DNA of 64,000 nucleotides from Gammaproteobacteria bacterium (GCA_965243395.1 CBDEUS010000002.1:449310-513309); one strand, 5' to 3'; counted from the stretch's first letter, positions 51,142 through 61,505 are shown. Notes: generated from the letters alone by a model not told the origin. Translations and numbers: made by a program.

Positions 51142-51250
51142 AATCCTATCTACTTGTATAAATAGTTTAACTACCTTTTAAAAACTATAATACGTTGTAA
51201 TTAAAGAACATTTTTACAACGAGCGTAGTGCATCTATAGTGCAAAGGTAG

Positions 51251-52549
51251 TTGAACATGAGTTTAAAAATGGTGGCCCTGAGGGTGGATAGCAGATCCGG
51301 GGATTTTTCTGTTCGGACCGCTTCCAACAAAATATATCTCTCCAAAGCGAATCTTAAAAAAATTCCCTTACCTGAAAAAGGTACCCAACGGATTTGGGAT
51401 ACCGAACAACCGGGTTTGTTTGTGCAACTTTCCTCAACCGGAAACGCGGTCGCCTACTATCGCTATCGATTGAATACACGTCAGCGTGATTATCGTATCG
51501 GACGCGTCTCGCATTTGAGTATGAAATCGATTCGTGAAGCGGTACGCAAAGCGGCAGCGAAAGTCGAATTGGGTCGCGATCCGCAACAAGAACGTAAAGA
51601 GGAAAAGAAACAACAACTCGAAGCCTTACGTCAACAAGAGAAAGACACGCACTCCACTTTGGGAAACTTTTATTACAACTATTATATTGATTATGCCAAG
51701 GCGCATTTAAAAGACTACGAAGCACGTTTGCATTCGATCGAATTTAATTTTCAACAATGGTTCGAATGGCCGATGGAAGAACTCACTCCTGCGGTAGTGA
51801 GTCAATGGCGCAATCAAAAAATGAATACACCTGTGATCCGAGGTAAAGGAGCTAATCGAACGGAACATCCGAGAAAACCGGGTGGTGTGAATCGACCGAT
51901 TGCCTATCTTCGTGCTCTACTCACCGTTGCATTTGAAGAAGTCGAGATCATCGACAAACATCCGTTGGCAAAATTCAAACCTTTAAAAGAACCCAAAAAT
52001 CCTCGCAAACGTTTTTTACGTGAAGACGAGTACATTCGCCTGCGCAATACCTTGCGGGAACGCGAAGACTATCTCCCGGTGTTCATCGAACTCGGAATTC
52101 ATACCGGACTTCGCATGAATGAAATGCTGACACTGACTTGGGAGAATGTGAACTTTCAAGAGAAGTGTCTCATCGTGGAATCACAATATGCCAAGAGCAA
52201 ACGTCAGCGAACGGTACCGTTGAATGACACCATCATCGCAATGTTGCGTGAATGGAAATTTAAGATTCAACGCTTCGGACCGTGGGTGTTCACCAATCCT
52301 GAAACCGGTAACCACTATGTTTCGATTAAACGGGCTTGGGTTGCTGCGATGAAGGAAGCCAATATTGAAGACTTTGTGCGTCAGGATTTACGGCGCACCT
52401 TTGGTAGTTGGTTAGCTGAACGTGGAGAAAGTATTTTTGTCATTAAAAATTTGCTTGGTCATAGCACCGTACAAGTCACCGAAGGGCATTACGCATATCT
52501 ACAAGATGATTCACAACGCCAAGCGGTGAAACGACTCGAAAATAAATAG
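51251..52549 (+). CDS. int: Tyrosine-type site-specific integrase (phage/P4-like)
   Basis: Catalytic residues in context: GLRMNEM (Arg), HxxR region, LGHSTVQVTEGHYAYL (Tyr); N-terminal SAM-like arm-binding region; adjacent to a tRNA fragment. Confidence 0.85.
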   Translation: MNMSLKMVALRVDSRSGDFSVRTASNKIYLSKANLKKIPLPEKGTQRIWDTEQPGLFVQLSSTGNAVAYYRYRLNTRQRDYRIGRVSHLSMKSIREAVRKAAAKVELGRDPQQERKEEKKQQLEALRQQEKDTHSTLGNFYYNYYIDYAKAHLKDYEARLHSIEFNFQQWFEWPMEELTPAVVSQWRNQKMNTPVIRGKGANRTEHPRKPGGVNRPIAYLRALLTVAFEEVEIIDKHPLAKFKPLKEPKNPRKRFLREDEYIRLRNTLREREDYLPVFIELGIHTGLRMNEMLTLTWENVNFQEKCLIVESQYAKSKRQRTVPLNDTIIAMLREWKFKIQRFGPWVFTNPETGNHYVSIKRAWVAAMKEANIEDFVRQDLRRTFGSWLAERGESIFVIKNLLGHSTVQVTEGHYAYLQDDSQRQAVKRLENK

Positions 52550-53077
52550 ATGCAGCAAAAATACACACAAAATGCACAAGACGGGGCGTCTTTTAACTAC
52601 AAGTTCACCCCGGAGAAGATTGATGAATTTTTAGAGCAACTGGGTACTAACGGTAATATTTCACTTTCTGCAAAGATGGTGGGTATGAGTCGGCGTGCAA
52701 TATATGCCTTTGCAAAGCGCGATCCGTCATTTCGAGAAGCGATGGATAATGCACGTGCGGAAGCACAAGACATGCTGTATTACGAGACTTGGCGGCGTGC
52801 AGTGCAGGGTGTGGAGGAGACGCTTTATTATCGTGGGAAGCCGTGTGGTACTGTCACTCGATACTCCGATAAATTACTTGCCTTGTTATTACGACGACAA
52901 TTCGGGATGCCGTTTTCGAAAGATGATGATTATCAGTTCACAAATAATGAAGATGAATCTCACTCAGCAACAATTGTCGATGACAACCTTGATTTAAGCA
53001 AACTCACAGACGAAGAATTAAATACGTTTGCGCACTTAATTGATAAGTGTTCTGTCGAAGAAAATATTTCTTTTTAA
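52550..53077 (+). CDS. Island hypothetical protein with HTH (phage regulatory or terminase-small-like)
   Basis: Start abuts the integrase stop; HTH-like ISLSAKMVGMSRRAIYAFAKRDPS. Confidence 0.35.
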   Translation: MQQKYTQNAQDGASFNYKFTPEKIDEFLEQLGTNGNISLSAKMVGMSRRAIYAFAKRDPSFREAMDNARAEAQDMLYYETWRRAVQGVEETLYYRGKPCGTVTRYSDKLLALLLRRQFGMPFSKDDDYQFTNNEDESHSATIVDDNLDLSKLTDEELNTFAHLIDKCSVEENISF

Positions 53078-53211
53078 TTTTCTAATTTAGTAACTTCAAT
53101 CTGTATCATAATGATAGTGATTGATCTTACTTTTATATTTTTACACTTAGCAATTATTGCTCAATACTAAAGTTATAGTATCTATAATCTACTTTTAACT
53201 GGAGATTAAAA

Positions 53212-53475
53212 GTGGATCTAGAACATAACAGAACAGGCTCTATACAAGACGGCCAAATTCTTACATGTGCTGAAGCCGCTAAGTATTTAGGTGTGAGCAT
53301 ACTTGCTCTACGCGACTCACGATATTCGAATAAGTTATGTGGACGTAAATCACCGAAACATATTAAATTGAATCACCGTACTATTGTTTATCGTAGAACT
53401 ACTTTAGATGAGTGGCTTAATTCACTCGAAGAATTTGAGACTGCTTCAGAAGCTAGATCAGCAATTCAAAAATAA
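53212..53475 (+). CDS. AlpA/excisionase-like small DNA-binding protein
   Basis: 87 aa, ILTCAEAAKYLGVSILALRDSRY HTH followed by a basic region, typical position near an island integrase. Confidence 0.45.
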   Translation: MDLEHNRTGSIQDGQILTCAEAAKYLGVSILALRDSRYSNKLCGRKSPKHIKLNHRTIVYRRTTLDEWLNSLEEFETASEARSAIQK

Positions 53476-53491
53476 TGAAAATAATAAATAA

Positions 53492-53914
53492 ATGTCGACT
53501 AAGTATCATTATACAGATGACCTTGTATTAATAGATGAAGGAGATTATGAGTTTATTTATGATCATCACGAAACGTATCTATATTTAGGAAAATCCCCGA
53601 AGTTAGCGGTGTGGTTTAAAATTATTTCGAAGAGTAAGTTTAATGGAATATATATTCCACGATACTACAATGTTGCAAAAGTTAATGGAAAAAGAGAAAT
53701 AAATGGATTATTTGATCCAAAAGGTCAAAAAAGTGATCTCGTAAGAGAAGCGACACTAGTCACGGGGGAGATACCTGAAAGATATAATGAATCTCTAAGT
53801 TCATGGAAAGGAATAGTAGTTCTTGGGTATGTGCATGCAGTTCAAAAGAACTCAAATGGTCAAAAGTTACATGAAAAATTGCACTATTCTGTAATTAAAT
53901 ATTTATATATATAA
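53492..53914 (+). CDS. Island hypothetical protein
   Basis: ORF with a close-coupled start after the previous gene; no family recognised. Confidence 0.3.
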   Translation: MSTKYHYTDDLVLIDEGDYEFIYDHHETYLYLGKSPKLAVWFKIISKSKFNGIYIPRYYNVAKVNGKREINGLFDPKGQKSDLVREATLVTGEIPERYNESLSSWKGIVVLGYVHAVQKNSNGQKLHEKLHYSVIKYLYI

Positions 53915-54162
53915 GTATTCTAGTATTTCAAATTAGTATTTTAAATTTGTTAATTAGCTATCCCTAACCCTAGTGCCATACCAGTTCCTTCTCCCTTCCT
54001 ATTGCTAAACTTATTCCCACACCTATATACACATGTGAATATTCAGGTGTGTTATTGAAGACGATAATTTTTTCTATAACCCTGTAGTATAAATTTAATT
54101 TAATCGCAATCATTTACTCTAATAGGTCAAAAACCTATACATCAGCACCTGGTCAAACAATT

Positions 54163-55053
54163 TTAGTCCCACTCAACAGCCACGCTTATCACAGCATCTA
54201 ATACAATGGCAGCATCAGCTGCTGCTCGTCCATGCAAGGTAACTCCTAATTCCATTGAGTGTTCAAGTGATGCAGTATTCATGTTTGAGGATCCAATATA
54301 TACAGCATCTCTGTCACATAATATTACTTTTGCATGAAATGTTTCTCTTCCAGAGCCTACAATTTTTGGTATCGAATAGTTTAAGACGCGTATTGCATTC
54401 TCCTTCAGCCACATTGAAATAGTATCGTAACCTTGAGGATAGTCACTTCGAGACGGTGAATCTAAACTTCTTAGGATAAGTACCCGTTCAACATCAGCGT
54501 TTATAAGAGAAAATAATTCCTGAAGCCACAAAGCACCTTTTATATCAAAAAATGGTGTCATTACCACAACTCTTTGTTTTGCAGTTTGAACCATGTTTTG
54601 AAACGCGCGAGCAGTTGGTTCCAGTTCAGATGTCTTCCATCCAAACTCTGATAACTTTTTTTCTAAATTACTTGGTTTTGGTGGTTTAGTTAAAACGACA
54701 CTTGCATTTGTCGCGTCTTTATGAATATTAGAAATGTAAAAGTCTATAGTACTAAGTGCAAAAGCCAAACGTTTAAATAACTTGTAGGTACTACTAAGAG
54801 GTAAATAGCCATTATCAACCTTTTTGATAACTTTTAGCTCTACAGATTTTTCAAGTACTTCATGTGTAGCAGCTTCTTCTGTTAGTCCTAATTGTGCATG
54901 ATCAATCAATGTACGTTCAGATTGTACTAACGTTTCTGGTAACTCTGCCCAAGAATCAAAAAGTGAAGATGCTAAGCTCGCTCTATACACAAGTCCTACA
55001 ATTATTTGTTTCTCAAACGCTGAAAGTTTTTCTGCTGACATTGCAAAAAACAC
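54163..55053 (-). CDS. PLD-family (HKD) nuclease, DrmC-like
   Basis: HKD motif FHAKVILCDRDAVYIGSSNMN (H-x-K-x4-D-x6-GSxN); single PLD domain, 296 aa; 4 nt downstream of the DUF1998-like gene. Confidence 0.7.
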   Translation of the reverse strand: MFFAMSAEKLSAFEKQIIVGLVYRASLASSLFDSWAELPETLVQSERTLIDHAQLGLTEEAATHEVLEKSVELKVIKKVDNGYLPLSSTYKLFKRLAFALSTIDFYISNIHKDATNASVVLTKPPKPSNLEKKLSEFGWKTSELEPTARAFQNMVQTAKQRVVVMTPFFDIKGALWLQELFSLINADVERVLILRSLDSPSRSDYPQGYDTISMWLKENAIRVLNYSIPKIVGSGRETFHAKVILCDRDAVYIGSSNMNTASLEHSMELGVTLHGRAAADAAIVLDAVISVAVEWD

Positions 55054-55057
55054 TAAA

Positions 55058-57265
55058 TTACATTATTGAATCAAAATAACCATCGATTGCGCCTTTCCTA
55101 ATATCGAATCGCTTTGGCCGACCGCCTATTGATCGTAGTACTGTTCTTGATAAAAGTTTGTTGCCGGCAATACAAGATGTTTCAGGAATCATGATGCAAT
55201 CTGGACAAGCCCCTCCTCTTTGAGTACATAGAGAACCAGTACCACATTGTGTTGCTTTAATGCTTAACAGAGATGAAAGCATTGCAGTTCCTGAATTACG
55301 CCACATTGCAGAGAGATTTCCCAAGTCCATAGTAGTTCCACTACGATAGACCACAAAGGCAAGATCTGCAGGGAATATATATTCTCCTAATGAACCAAGA
55401 TCCAAACCAGAATATTCTGACACATGCTTCATCAATAAGTGCGAGTAGCTGTGAAGTAGTGTGTAGATATAATAATAAACTGATGGTGAATCAGACTGTT
55501 CTAACTGATCTAAAAAAGGCTTCATAGGTTGGGCTACATTTAATATACCTGCGCCAATTTTCTCAGTGGGATTTAGGGAGAACATGTCAGAACAATTTAA
55601 GTCTTTAAGCCAAGCTACAACCGTTTCTTCTTTAAGCCTCACATACAATGCTTCATTACTTTGCTGGACAACATACACGGGGTGACATGATATGTCGTTA
55701 TATTTTACTTTTGGGAAAAGCCTCATTCTTACAGGCATTCTCTTACCTCGTTTCTCTAAAGTTGGAGTCGACTCCATCCGTGAGTAACCAAAACTAAATT
55801 TGCATAAGTCAAATTCACGAATAAGACCCATATCATCAAGGCCCAACTTATCTAATAGCTCACGTGTATAGATTTGCTGTTCTTCAGTCTCTTCTATTTT
55901 ATTTGGCGCTAGATCTTCATCAAGTCTGGTAAACGAAACATACTTTTTTTTCCCATTTGTCTTTGTTTCTACATCCAGCCTTGTATTCTTTAAAGCAGAA
56001 TGTTCTACAGCTAATCTAAATGGGTCAAACTTTGAAGCAAATCGAGTTTGACGTTCATGAATATTAGCCAGGACATTACTAGGTAAATTCACCTTTGCAA
56101 TTAAAATTTCTCGTCTATGCAAATCATCTATAATCCGTTTTTTAGTTACATAAGCTGTATCTAAAGATTTCTTTAATATTTTACTTGTTTGGTCATCTGA
56201 ATTTTCTAATAGCTCTTCAATATCTCTAATTGTACTAACTGCACTTCTATATTCTGCGAGATCAATATTACATTCATCCTTTCCTGCACATGCATTTTCG
56301 ACATCTTCATCTGTAATTAAATCTACAGCGAATCCATATTGTATTGCTACAAAGTCTTTGAGAGCTTCTTCTCGACTTGGACGTAATCGTGTCAAAAGAT
56401 CTTGGCTTCCGTCTTTGAAGTCGACAAATAAATCTGATTTGAGGTAGTAAGCGTTTGATGCCCGATAAGGCGTTGCTTCCATTCGAACATGAGAAACCCA
56501 TGCTGAATAATTGAATCGTCCGATTATAGCTAAGGTGTCTTTGTCATTTTGCAACCATTTCCCTGGGTGTAATGGTTTATCACAAACTGCACACTCAAAA
56601 AACCATTCTCCTATTTGAGGGGATTTTCTATTAAGCCTAAAGTCGGCACTATTACACGTACATCTGCTTCGACGCGGAACGACTTTTTCTTTTTTACTAT
56701 CCCATTGCCATTGGCCCGGAAATGGAGCAGCCCAGTTGCCCGACCAATGAACAAAAATAACATCAAGTTGTTCCCAATCGCATTGCCCCTTTTTTCTAGG
56801 ATTTGGACAATATTCTGGTGTTAACTTACTCAAATTCTTGTCGAGCTCATTTAAGTTTTTATAATCTTTAAACATTCCACATGTTCTACACACAAAGCTA
56901 AGTGGTGCCGGTGTGTATCCCATATGTGACGGTTTGCATAGATGAAACCTGTCTTCACCAGGTAGTTGAAACTCAGAACATGATGAATTAAGCAATGCCC
57001 TATCTACACACTGAAGCGGTTTCACTGCTTCATTTGAGTTACCCCCCTCTCGAGCAGACATTGCCCTATCAAACCATGATGAACCTAGCTCATTCATGCG
57101 TTCATATATAAGCTCTTTGGTAGGTTCACTAAGATCAACTGAAGCACCAGCTGTTGAACGCGAAATACATGCACCGAGACCACCTTCAAATGTAAAAAAA
57201 CTTTCAGGCGCATAAGCAGTCGCAAGTTGATTTCGAGATCGAGACATAGTTTTAGCTTTAGCCAT
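55058..57265 (-). CDS. DUF1998-like Cys-rich protein, DrmB-like
   Basis: Cys clusters CRTCGMF…CPNPRKKGQC, CTCNSADF…ECAVCDKPLH and C-terminal CTQRGGACPDCIMIPETSC; sits between a helicase and a PLD gene as in DISARM. Confidence 0.55.
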   Translation of the reverse strand: MAKAKTMSRSRNQLATAYAPESFFTFEGGLGACISRSTAGASVDLSEPTKELIYERMNELGSSWFDRAMSAREGGNSNEAVKPLQCVDRALLNSSCSEFQLPGEDRFHLCKPSHMGYTPAPLSFVCRTCGMFKDYKNLNELDKNLSKLTPEYCPNPRKKGQCDWEQLDVIFVHWSGNWAAPFPGQWQWDSKKEKVVPRRSRCTCNSADFRLNRKSPQIGEWFFECAVCDKPLHPGKWLQNDKDTLAIIGRFNYSAWVSHVRMEATPYRASNAYYLKSDLFVDFKDGSQDLLTRLRPSREEALKDFVAIQYGFAVDLITDEDVENACAGKDECNIDLAEYRSAVSTIRDIEELLENSDDQTSKILKKSLDTAYVTKKRIIDDLHRREILIAKVNLPSNVLANIHERQTRFASKFDPFRLAVEHSALKNTRLDVETKTNGKKKYVSFTRLDEDLAPNKIEETEEQQIYTRELLDKLGLDDMGLIREFDLCKFSFGYSRMESTPTLEKRGKRMPVRMRLFPKVKYNDISCHPVYVVQQSNEALYVRLKEETVVAWLKDLNCSDMFSLNPTEKIGAGILNVAQPMKPFLDQLEQSDSPSVYYYIYTLLHSYSHLLMKHVSEYSGLDLGSLGEYIFPADLAFVVYRSGTTMDLGNLSAMWRNSGTAMLSSLLSIKATQCGTGSLCTQRGGACPDCIMIPETSCIAGNKLLSRTVLRSIGGRPKRFDIRKGAIDGYFDSIM

Positions 57266-57306
57266 TATTTTTTTCTCATAATTGATTTGGTTTCAAATAC
57301 TCATTT

Positions 57307-60300
57307 CTATGAATCAATGTCAGCTCCTGAGCCTTTTCTTATAAACATCATTGCACGGCCCGTTACACCATCTTGTACTCTATTATTAGCAGCATCGAAT
57401 TTTGATTCTTGAATTTCACCTGGAAGATCGACATCTCGGAGCGATGTCATAGGTCTTAGTAAGGGAGAGCGAACTTTAAAAAAATTTGACAGGTATGTGG
57501 CACTTACGAATTTGTCTTCATCTAGATCTTGTTGATAGTGATTTAGTTGTTCTTTAAGTAAAGCCCGATAATAATTTTTTCCTTCAGGTGAAGGCGAAAA
57601 TTCAAGTCCAAGTGCTTTTTCCATGAAAGTATTGGTTTCTTTTAAATTGTCCGGTTTATTTAGAAAGTTTTTTACGTCATCAGCCATCATATAATAAGGT
57701 GACTTATCCTTATTTTTTTCATTTGCAGCACATAATTCTTTAATTGCATTTATGCCGCATACATACTCTTGAAAGAAACTTGGCATTACACGAACAAGAG
57801 CTTTTTCTGCCCATCTATCTACAGATGCTGGGAGAATCATCCTTTCTAAAAACCTATGAAAAATATCATGTATCTCCAACACAAATCGGTCTCTATATCG
57901 TTGAGGTATTGGTACCAGCAATGAAAAACCGACATGCGTACGACCGACACGTGAAGAAGCTTGAATATATTGAGCGATATCCGACGGCATTCCTGCAAAA
58001 AACATTGCATTAAATTCTTCAACATCAACTCCATGTGATATTGCTGATGTTGCAATTATTGATCTCAACGTATTATTAAGATCAGGAAAAGGTTTATTTA
58101 TACCGACTCGTTTCTCTGCTTTTCGAATAACTTCCTGGATATCTCCAGCTGACACAGCTCCAGAAATAAGTTCTGAAGAAAGTATGTGCTCATCATAACC
58201 ATTGGCTTTGTGGAGCTTTTCAAATTCGACTTTCTCAGTATCAATGACTTGATCACCACCTTTTTTATTAGTTACATATGTCAATGAGATACGATGTAAG
58301 TCGATAAGGGTTAATAGTGTCTCGATACTTGCTTCAGTAAGTAACCGCACATGTTGTTTATATAATGCTCCGGGTGATACCCATTGTATTAATTTTTCTC
58401 TTGCATATTTTTGTTTAGTGGAATCTTCACTTCGTAAATATTCATACATTTCTGTTATAGCAAGGTGATAGTGTCCAAGTACAGAAGCCATTGCCACAGT
58501 GTGACGATGATTATTCGTAAGGACAGAAACATATATTCGAGCCCAATGGCTTCTTATTTCAGTTTCATGTATGGGTATCTCTACGCGTTCAGAATCTTCC
58601 AAAGTATTGTCTGGGTCTTTGGGATTCATATAAAAGGAACTGTATAATTCCGGTCCCGGATATGGAAATTGTATCGTCGAAGACCGTTGATATAGATTTC
58701 GCATTTGTCGATTTGGATCTGCAACTGTTGCAGATGCAGCAATCACTTTAATTTTTCTGCGAACAGTTGAGTTTGGTTCACAGCAAATAGCGCCATCAAG
58801 CAATGTAGCAAGTTGATCAAAAGCGGATTCTAATGCTGACTCAAATAGTGCTGCAAATGTTCCTAGCGATTCATCTAGTAAATGAGCCTCATCTTGAATA
58901 AGCAAAGATGGAAATGGATCATAAAATCTTTTTTCACCAGTTGAAAAAACTGGAAACAACTTTCGTGAATTAGAACCAGGATGCCCATCCCATTGTTTGA
59001 GCTGGTTTGGGGTGTGTAACCGATCCGAATCATTTAAAATTAATGGAGCAAAACCAAAAATTCCAAAGAATTTTCTAATTGTGCTTTGGGTATGACCTAA
59101 AGCAGCAAGTTTATCAATCGTGCCCAACAAAACTGATGGTGCAAGGCAATAGATGTCTTCATCTACTATATAAAAAGGAAGTGGTGTCGGAGACTTAAAA
59201 CGAGCGTTCCATGAGCATTTTTCTTTTGACGATGTACAAAAATGTCCTAATGTATTCGCACTGTTAGCAGAATGACGCCTAAGTGCTATAGCATCATCTT
59301 TATTATTATGACAAAAAGGGCATTTAGTGATTTTCAACCATCGTTCTTTTGCGCTTTTATATGGTTGAGTTTCTTTGAATTTAGTTTCATCGGTTGGAGC
59401 AACATCTATCTCAGTTGGAACGTCATTATATGCTTCATCTTTATGCCAATTAGGTGTGTTGCTGCGACCTACCCAGAAACCCAAGGAAAATATCTCGCCA
59501 GGATGATGACGTAAGTAGCGTATTTCCTCAGCAGCACTCATCACCTCAAAAGTTCTTCGTGCTTGCTGCAGTGTTAATAATCGAAGAGGATAACGCATGA
59601 GGGCTGATACACCGAAATGCTTTCCTCGTAGTCGATCTAAAAACAAAACAAAAACTAGTAAACCAAGAAAAGCCTCTGACTTACCCCCACCAGTTGAAAA
59701 GTAAAGAAGCGTTACAGCATTTGCATGCATTGCTGTCTCTGGTGTGTAAAAGCTATGGTATTCAGGAATACGAGTCACAAACGAAGGGATAGTTGCCAAA
59801 ATAAATGCCAGTTGAAACAAACGCCACTCTTTATAACCTTTTGCTTTGGCAACTTTGTGCATTGCTGTGTTCATAGACACCCATGCCTCAAACGGAATGC
59901 CAAGAGGAGATTCCTGAACTCCTGGACCGCTCCAATGCTTGCTTGATACATCTAAAATTTCAATTCCACAGCGTATCGCACTTAACTCATCACGCCATTT
60001 CTTAAGATCTTTTTGAAACTTATCTTCCTCCAGAATCTTTTGTTCCTCAGAATCTGGTTCTTCCAAACCTGAATCTACAGGATTATTTTTTATTTTATTT
60101 AGCCAAGACTCATATGAATCCAGTAGTGGTTTAAGTCCTTTTACACAATCTGGCTGTGACAATTTTTCAATATTGCTTTCTACTGTTACTTCAGCAGGTA
60201 TTATTCTTGGTAAAATATACCTTGGTGACCATGTCGTAGTTAGTAAATGTTGATCACCGATTTTTGTCATCACGACACCACCATTGAATCCAAGGGCGGG

Positions 60301-61485
60301 ATATTCTAAGTAGCGATTGTATTGATAGGATGGTTTGACACGGTCAAGACGTAAGGGCTTGTGTATTGAAGCTGGTAATTCTACCGACATTGATACATGG
60401 AACAGTGATGGTTCGATTTCTTTATAATTTGTTTTGTTTAATGGCTTCGTCCAATTCTCAATTGCAATATGAATTGTTTTTCGTGATGGTATTAAAGGAT
60501 CTGGTACTGTCTGAACCACCCATCGAAAATCAAATTCCGGTACTAACACCTTTAAATCGGATGTTCTTACCGAATCAAGATATTTTTCCCAGTTGCGTAT
60601 ATCAGATGGTTTAACTTTCAGCCCTTTTCTGTAGCACCAATGATGACCGCCAAAATTTTCATCAGTGCTCGTTGCCCAGTTATTTAATTGTTCTTTAATT
60701 GAATTATTAAGTAAGTTTGTTGCATTCGATGCATCCAACTTATCTAATGTGAAGTTAAACGAGGGAAGCTCTAGTTCAAGGCGAAGCCATTTGGGCGGTG
60801 GTAATATTTCTTCGACTACGTCATCGGGCAATGTGCCATTGCATTGAACTTCTTCCATTGGAGGATTTTTATCTTCATTAGGTAATTCATCATTTTCTTC
60901 CGCTTCATTATCAGAAAACTCAAATTCATCCTTATCAATCTGACTACGATCGAGCTCGTTATTAAAGGGTATACCCATTTCTTTATGAATAGCCTTGCGC
61001 ACTTGCTCGCTTTTTGTTTTCCAATCAGGGTGGTCATATCCACCCTCTAAAGAATTCCTCAATTCTGAAAGTGCAAAACGGGTTTTAGTTTTTATCTCTT
61101 TGTTAATTTTAGAGGTAAGTGGGAAATTTGGTGCTAACCTGCCATCAGGTTTTACGTCTTCTTGTGAGGGCAATACTCGTATGTATACAGCACCATTAAC
61201 TGAAACTTTGATATTTGAATTCTTTGCATCTGATCTGACTTGAAAATCTAGGCCATGTGCACTTATCTGAATTGGATTGGCTTCTTCATCACCATCACGC
61301 TCACCTTCAGGCATTGGCACTATGAATTCTGAAACAAGCTGTAAACTAGGTTTACGTTTATATATTACTTTGTAAAATTCACCTCGTCCTGCCAATCGAG
61401 CAGAAACATTATTTAGCAAACTGTCAACGACAGCTTCTTTATATCCGTCATGAATTTCACGTGGATCTTTGCTAAGAATAGACAT
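57307..61485 (-). CDS. Large SF2 DEAH-box helicase, DrmA-like
   Basis: Motif I FSTGGGKSEAF, motif II LLIQDEAHLL, motif VI QASSRVGRT; about 570-aa N-terminal region of unknown function; internal CPFCHNN…HFCTSSKEKC zinc-finger-like insert. Confidence 0.75.
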   Translation of the reverse strand: MSILSKDPREIHDGYKEAVVDSLLNNVSARLAGRGEFYKVIYKRKPSLQLVSEFIVPMPEGERDGDEEANPIQISAHGLDFQVRSDAKNSNIKVSVNGAVYIRVLPSQEDVKPDGRLAPNFPLTSKINKEIKTKTRFALSELRNSLEGGYDHPDWKTKSEQVRKAIHKEMGIPFNNELDRSQIDKDEFEFSDNEAEENDELPNEDKNPPMEEVQCNGTLPDDVVEEILPPPKWLRLELELPSFNFTLDKLDASNATNLLNNSIKEQLNNWATSTDENFGGHHWCYRKGLKVKPSDIRNWEKYLDSVRTSDLKVLVPEFDFRWVVQTVPDPLIPSRKTIHIAIENWTKPLNKTNYKEIEPSLFHVSMSVELPASIHKPLRLDRVKPSYQYNRYLEYPALGFNGGVVMTKIGDQHLLTTTWSPRYILPRIIPAEVTVESNIEKLSQPDCVKGLKPLLDSYESWLNKIKNNPVDSGLEEPDSEEQKILEEDKFQKDLKKWRDELSAIRCGIEILDVSSKHWSGPGVQESPLGIPFEAWVSMNTAMHKVAKAKGYKEWRLFQLAFILATIPSFVTRIPEYHSFYTPETAMHANAVTLLYFSTGGGKSEAFLGLLVFVLFLDRLRGKHFGVSALMRYPLRLLTLQQARRTFEVMSAAEEIRYLRHHPGEIFSLGFWVGRSNTPNWHKDEAYNDVPTEIDVAPTDETKFKETQPYKSAKERWLKITKCPFCHNNKDDAIALRRHSANSANTLGHFCTSSKEKCSWNARFKSPTPLPFYIVDEDIYCLAPSVLLGTIDKLAALGHTQSTIRKFFGIFGFAPLILNDSDRLHTPNQLKQWDGHPGSNSRKLFPVFSTGEKRFYDPFPSLLIQDEAHLLDESLGTFAALFESALESAFDQLATLLDGAICCEPNSTVRRKIKVIAASATVADPNRQMRNLYQRSSTIQFPYPGPELYSSFYMNPKDPDNTLEDSERVEIPIHETEIRSHWARIYVSVLTNNHRHTVAMASVLGHYHLAITEMYEYLRSEDSTKQKYAREKLIQWVSPGALYKQHVRLLTEASIETLLTLIDLHRISLTYVTNKKGGDQVIDTEKVEFEKLHKANGYDEHILSSELISGAVSAGDIQEVIRKAEKRVGINKPFPDLNNTLRSIIATSAISHGVDVEEFNAMFFAGMPSDIAQYIQASSRVGRTHVGFSLLVPIPQRYRDRFVLEIHDIFHRFLERMILPASVDRWAEKALVRVMPSFFQEYVCGINAIKELCAANEKNKDKSPYYMMADDVKNFLNKPDNLKETNTFMEKALGLEFSPSPEGKNYYRALLKEQLNHYQQDLDEDKFVSATYLSNFFKVRSPLLRPMTSLRDVDLPGEIQESKFDAANNRVQDGVTGRAMMFIRKGSGADIDS

Positions 61486-61505
61486 ATATAAGTTTTATAG
61501 TTTCG

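Noticed and set aside
51092-51175. Full-length tRNA-Met/Ile gene
   Set aside because: The reverse complement upstream of the anticodon arm (…ACAAGTAGATAGGATT) lacks a D arm and the 5' acceptor strand complementary to CGGGCCC. Only a 3' fragment is present.
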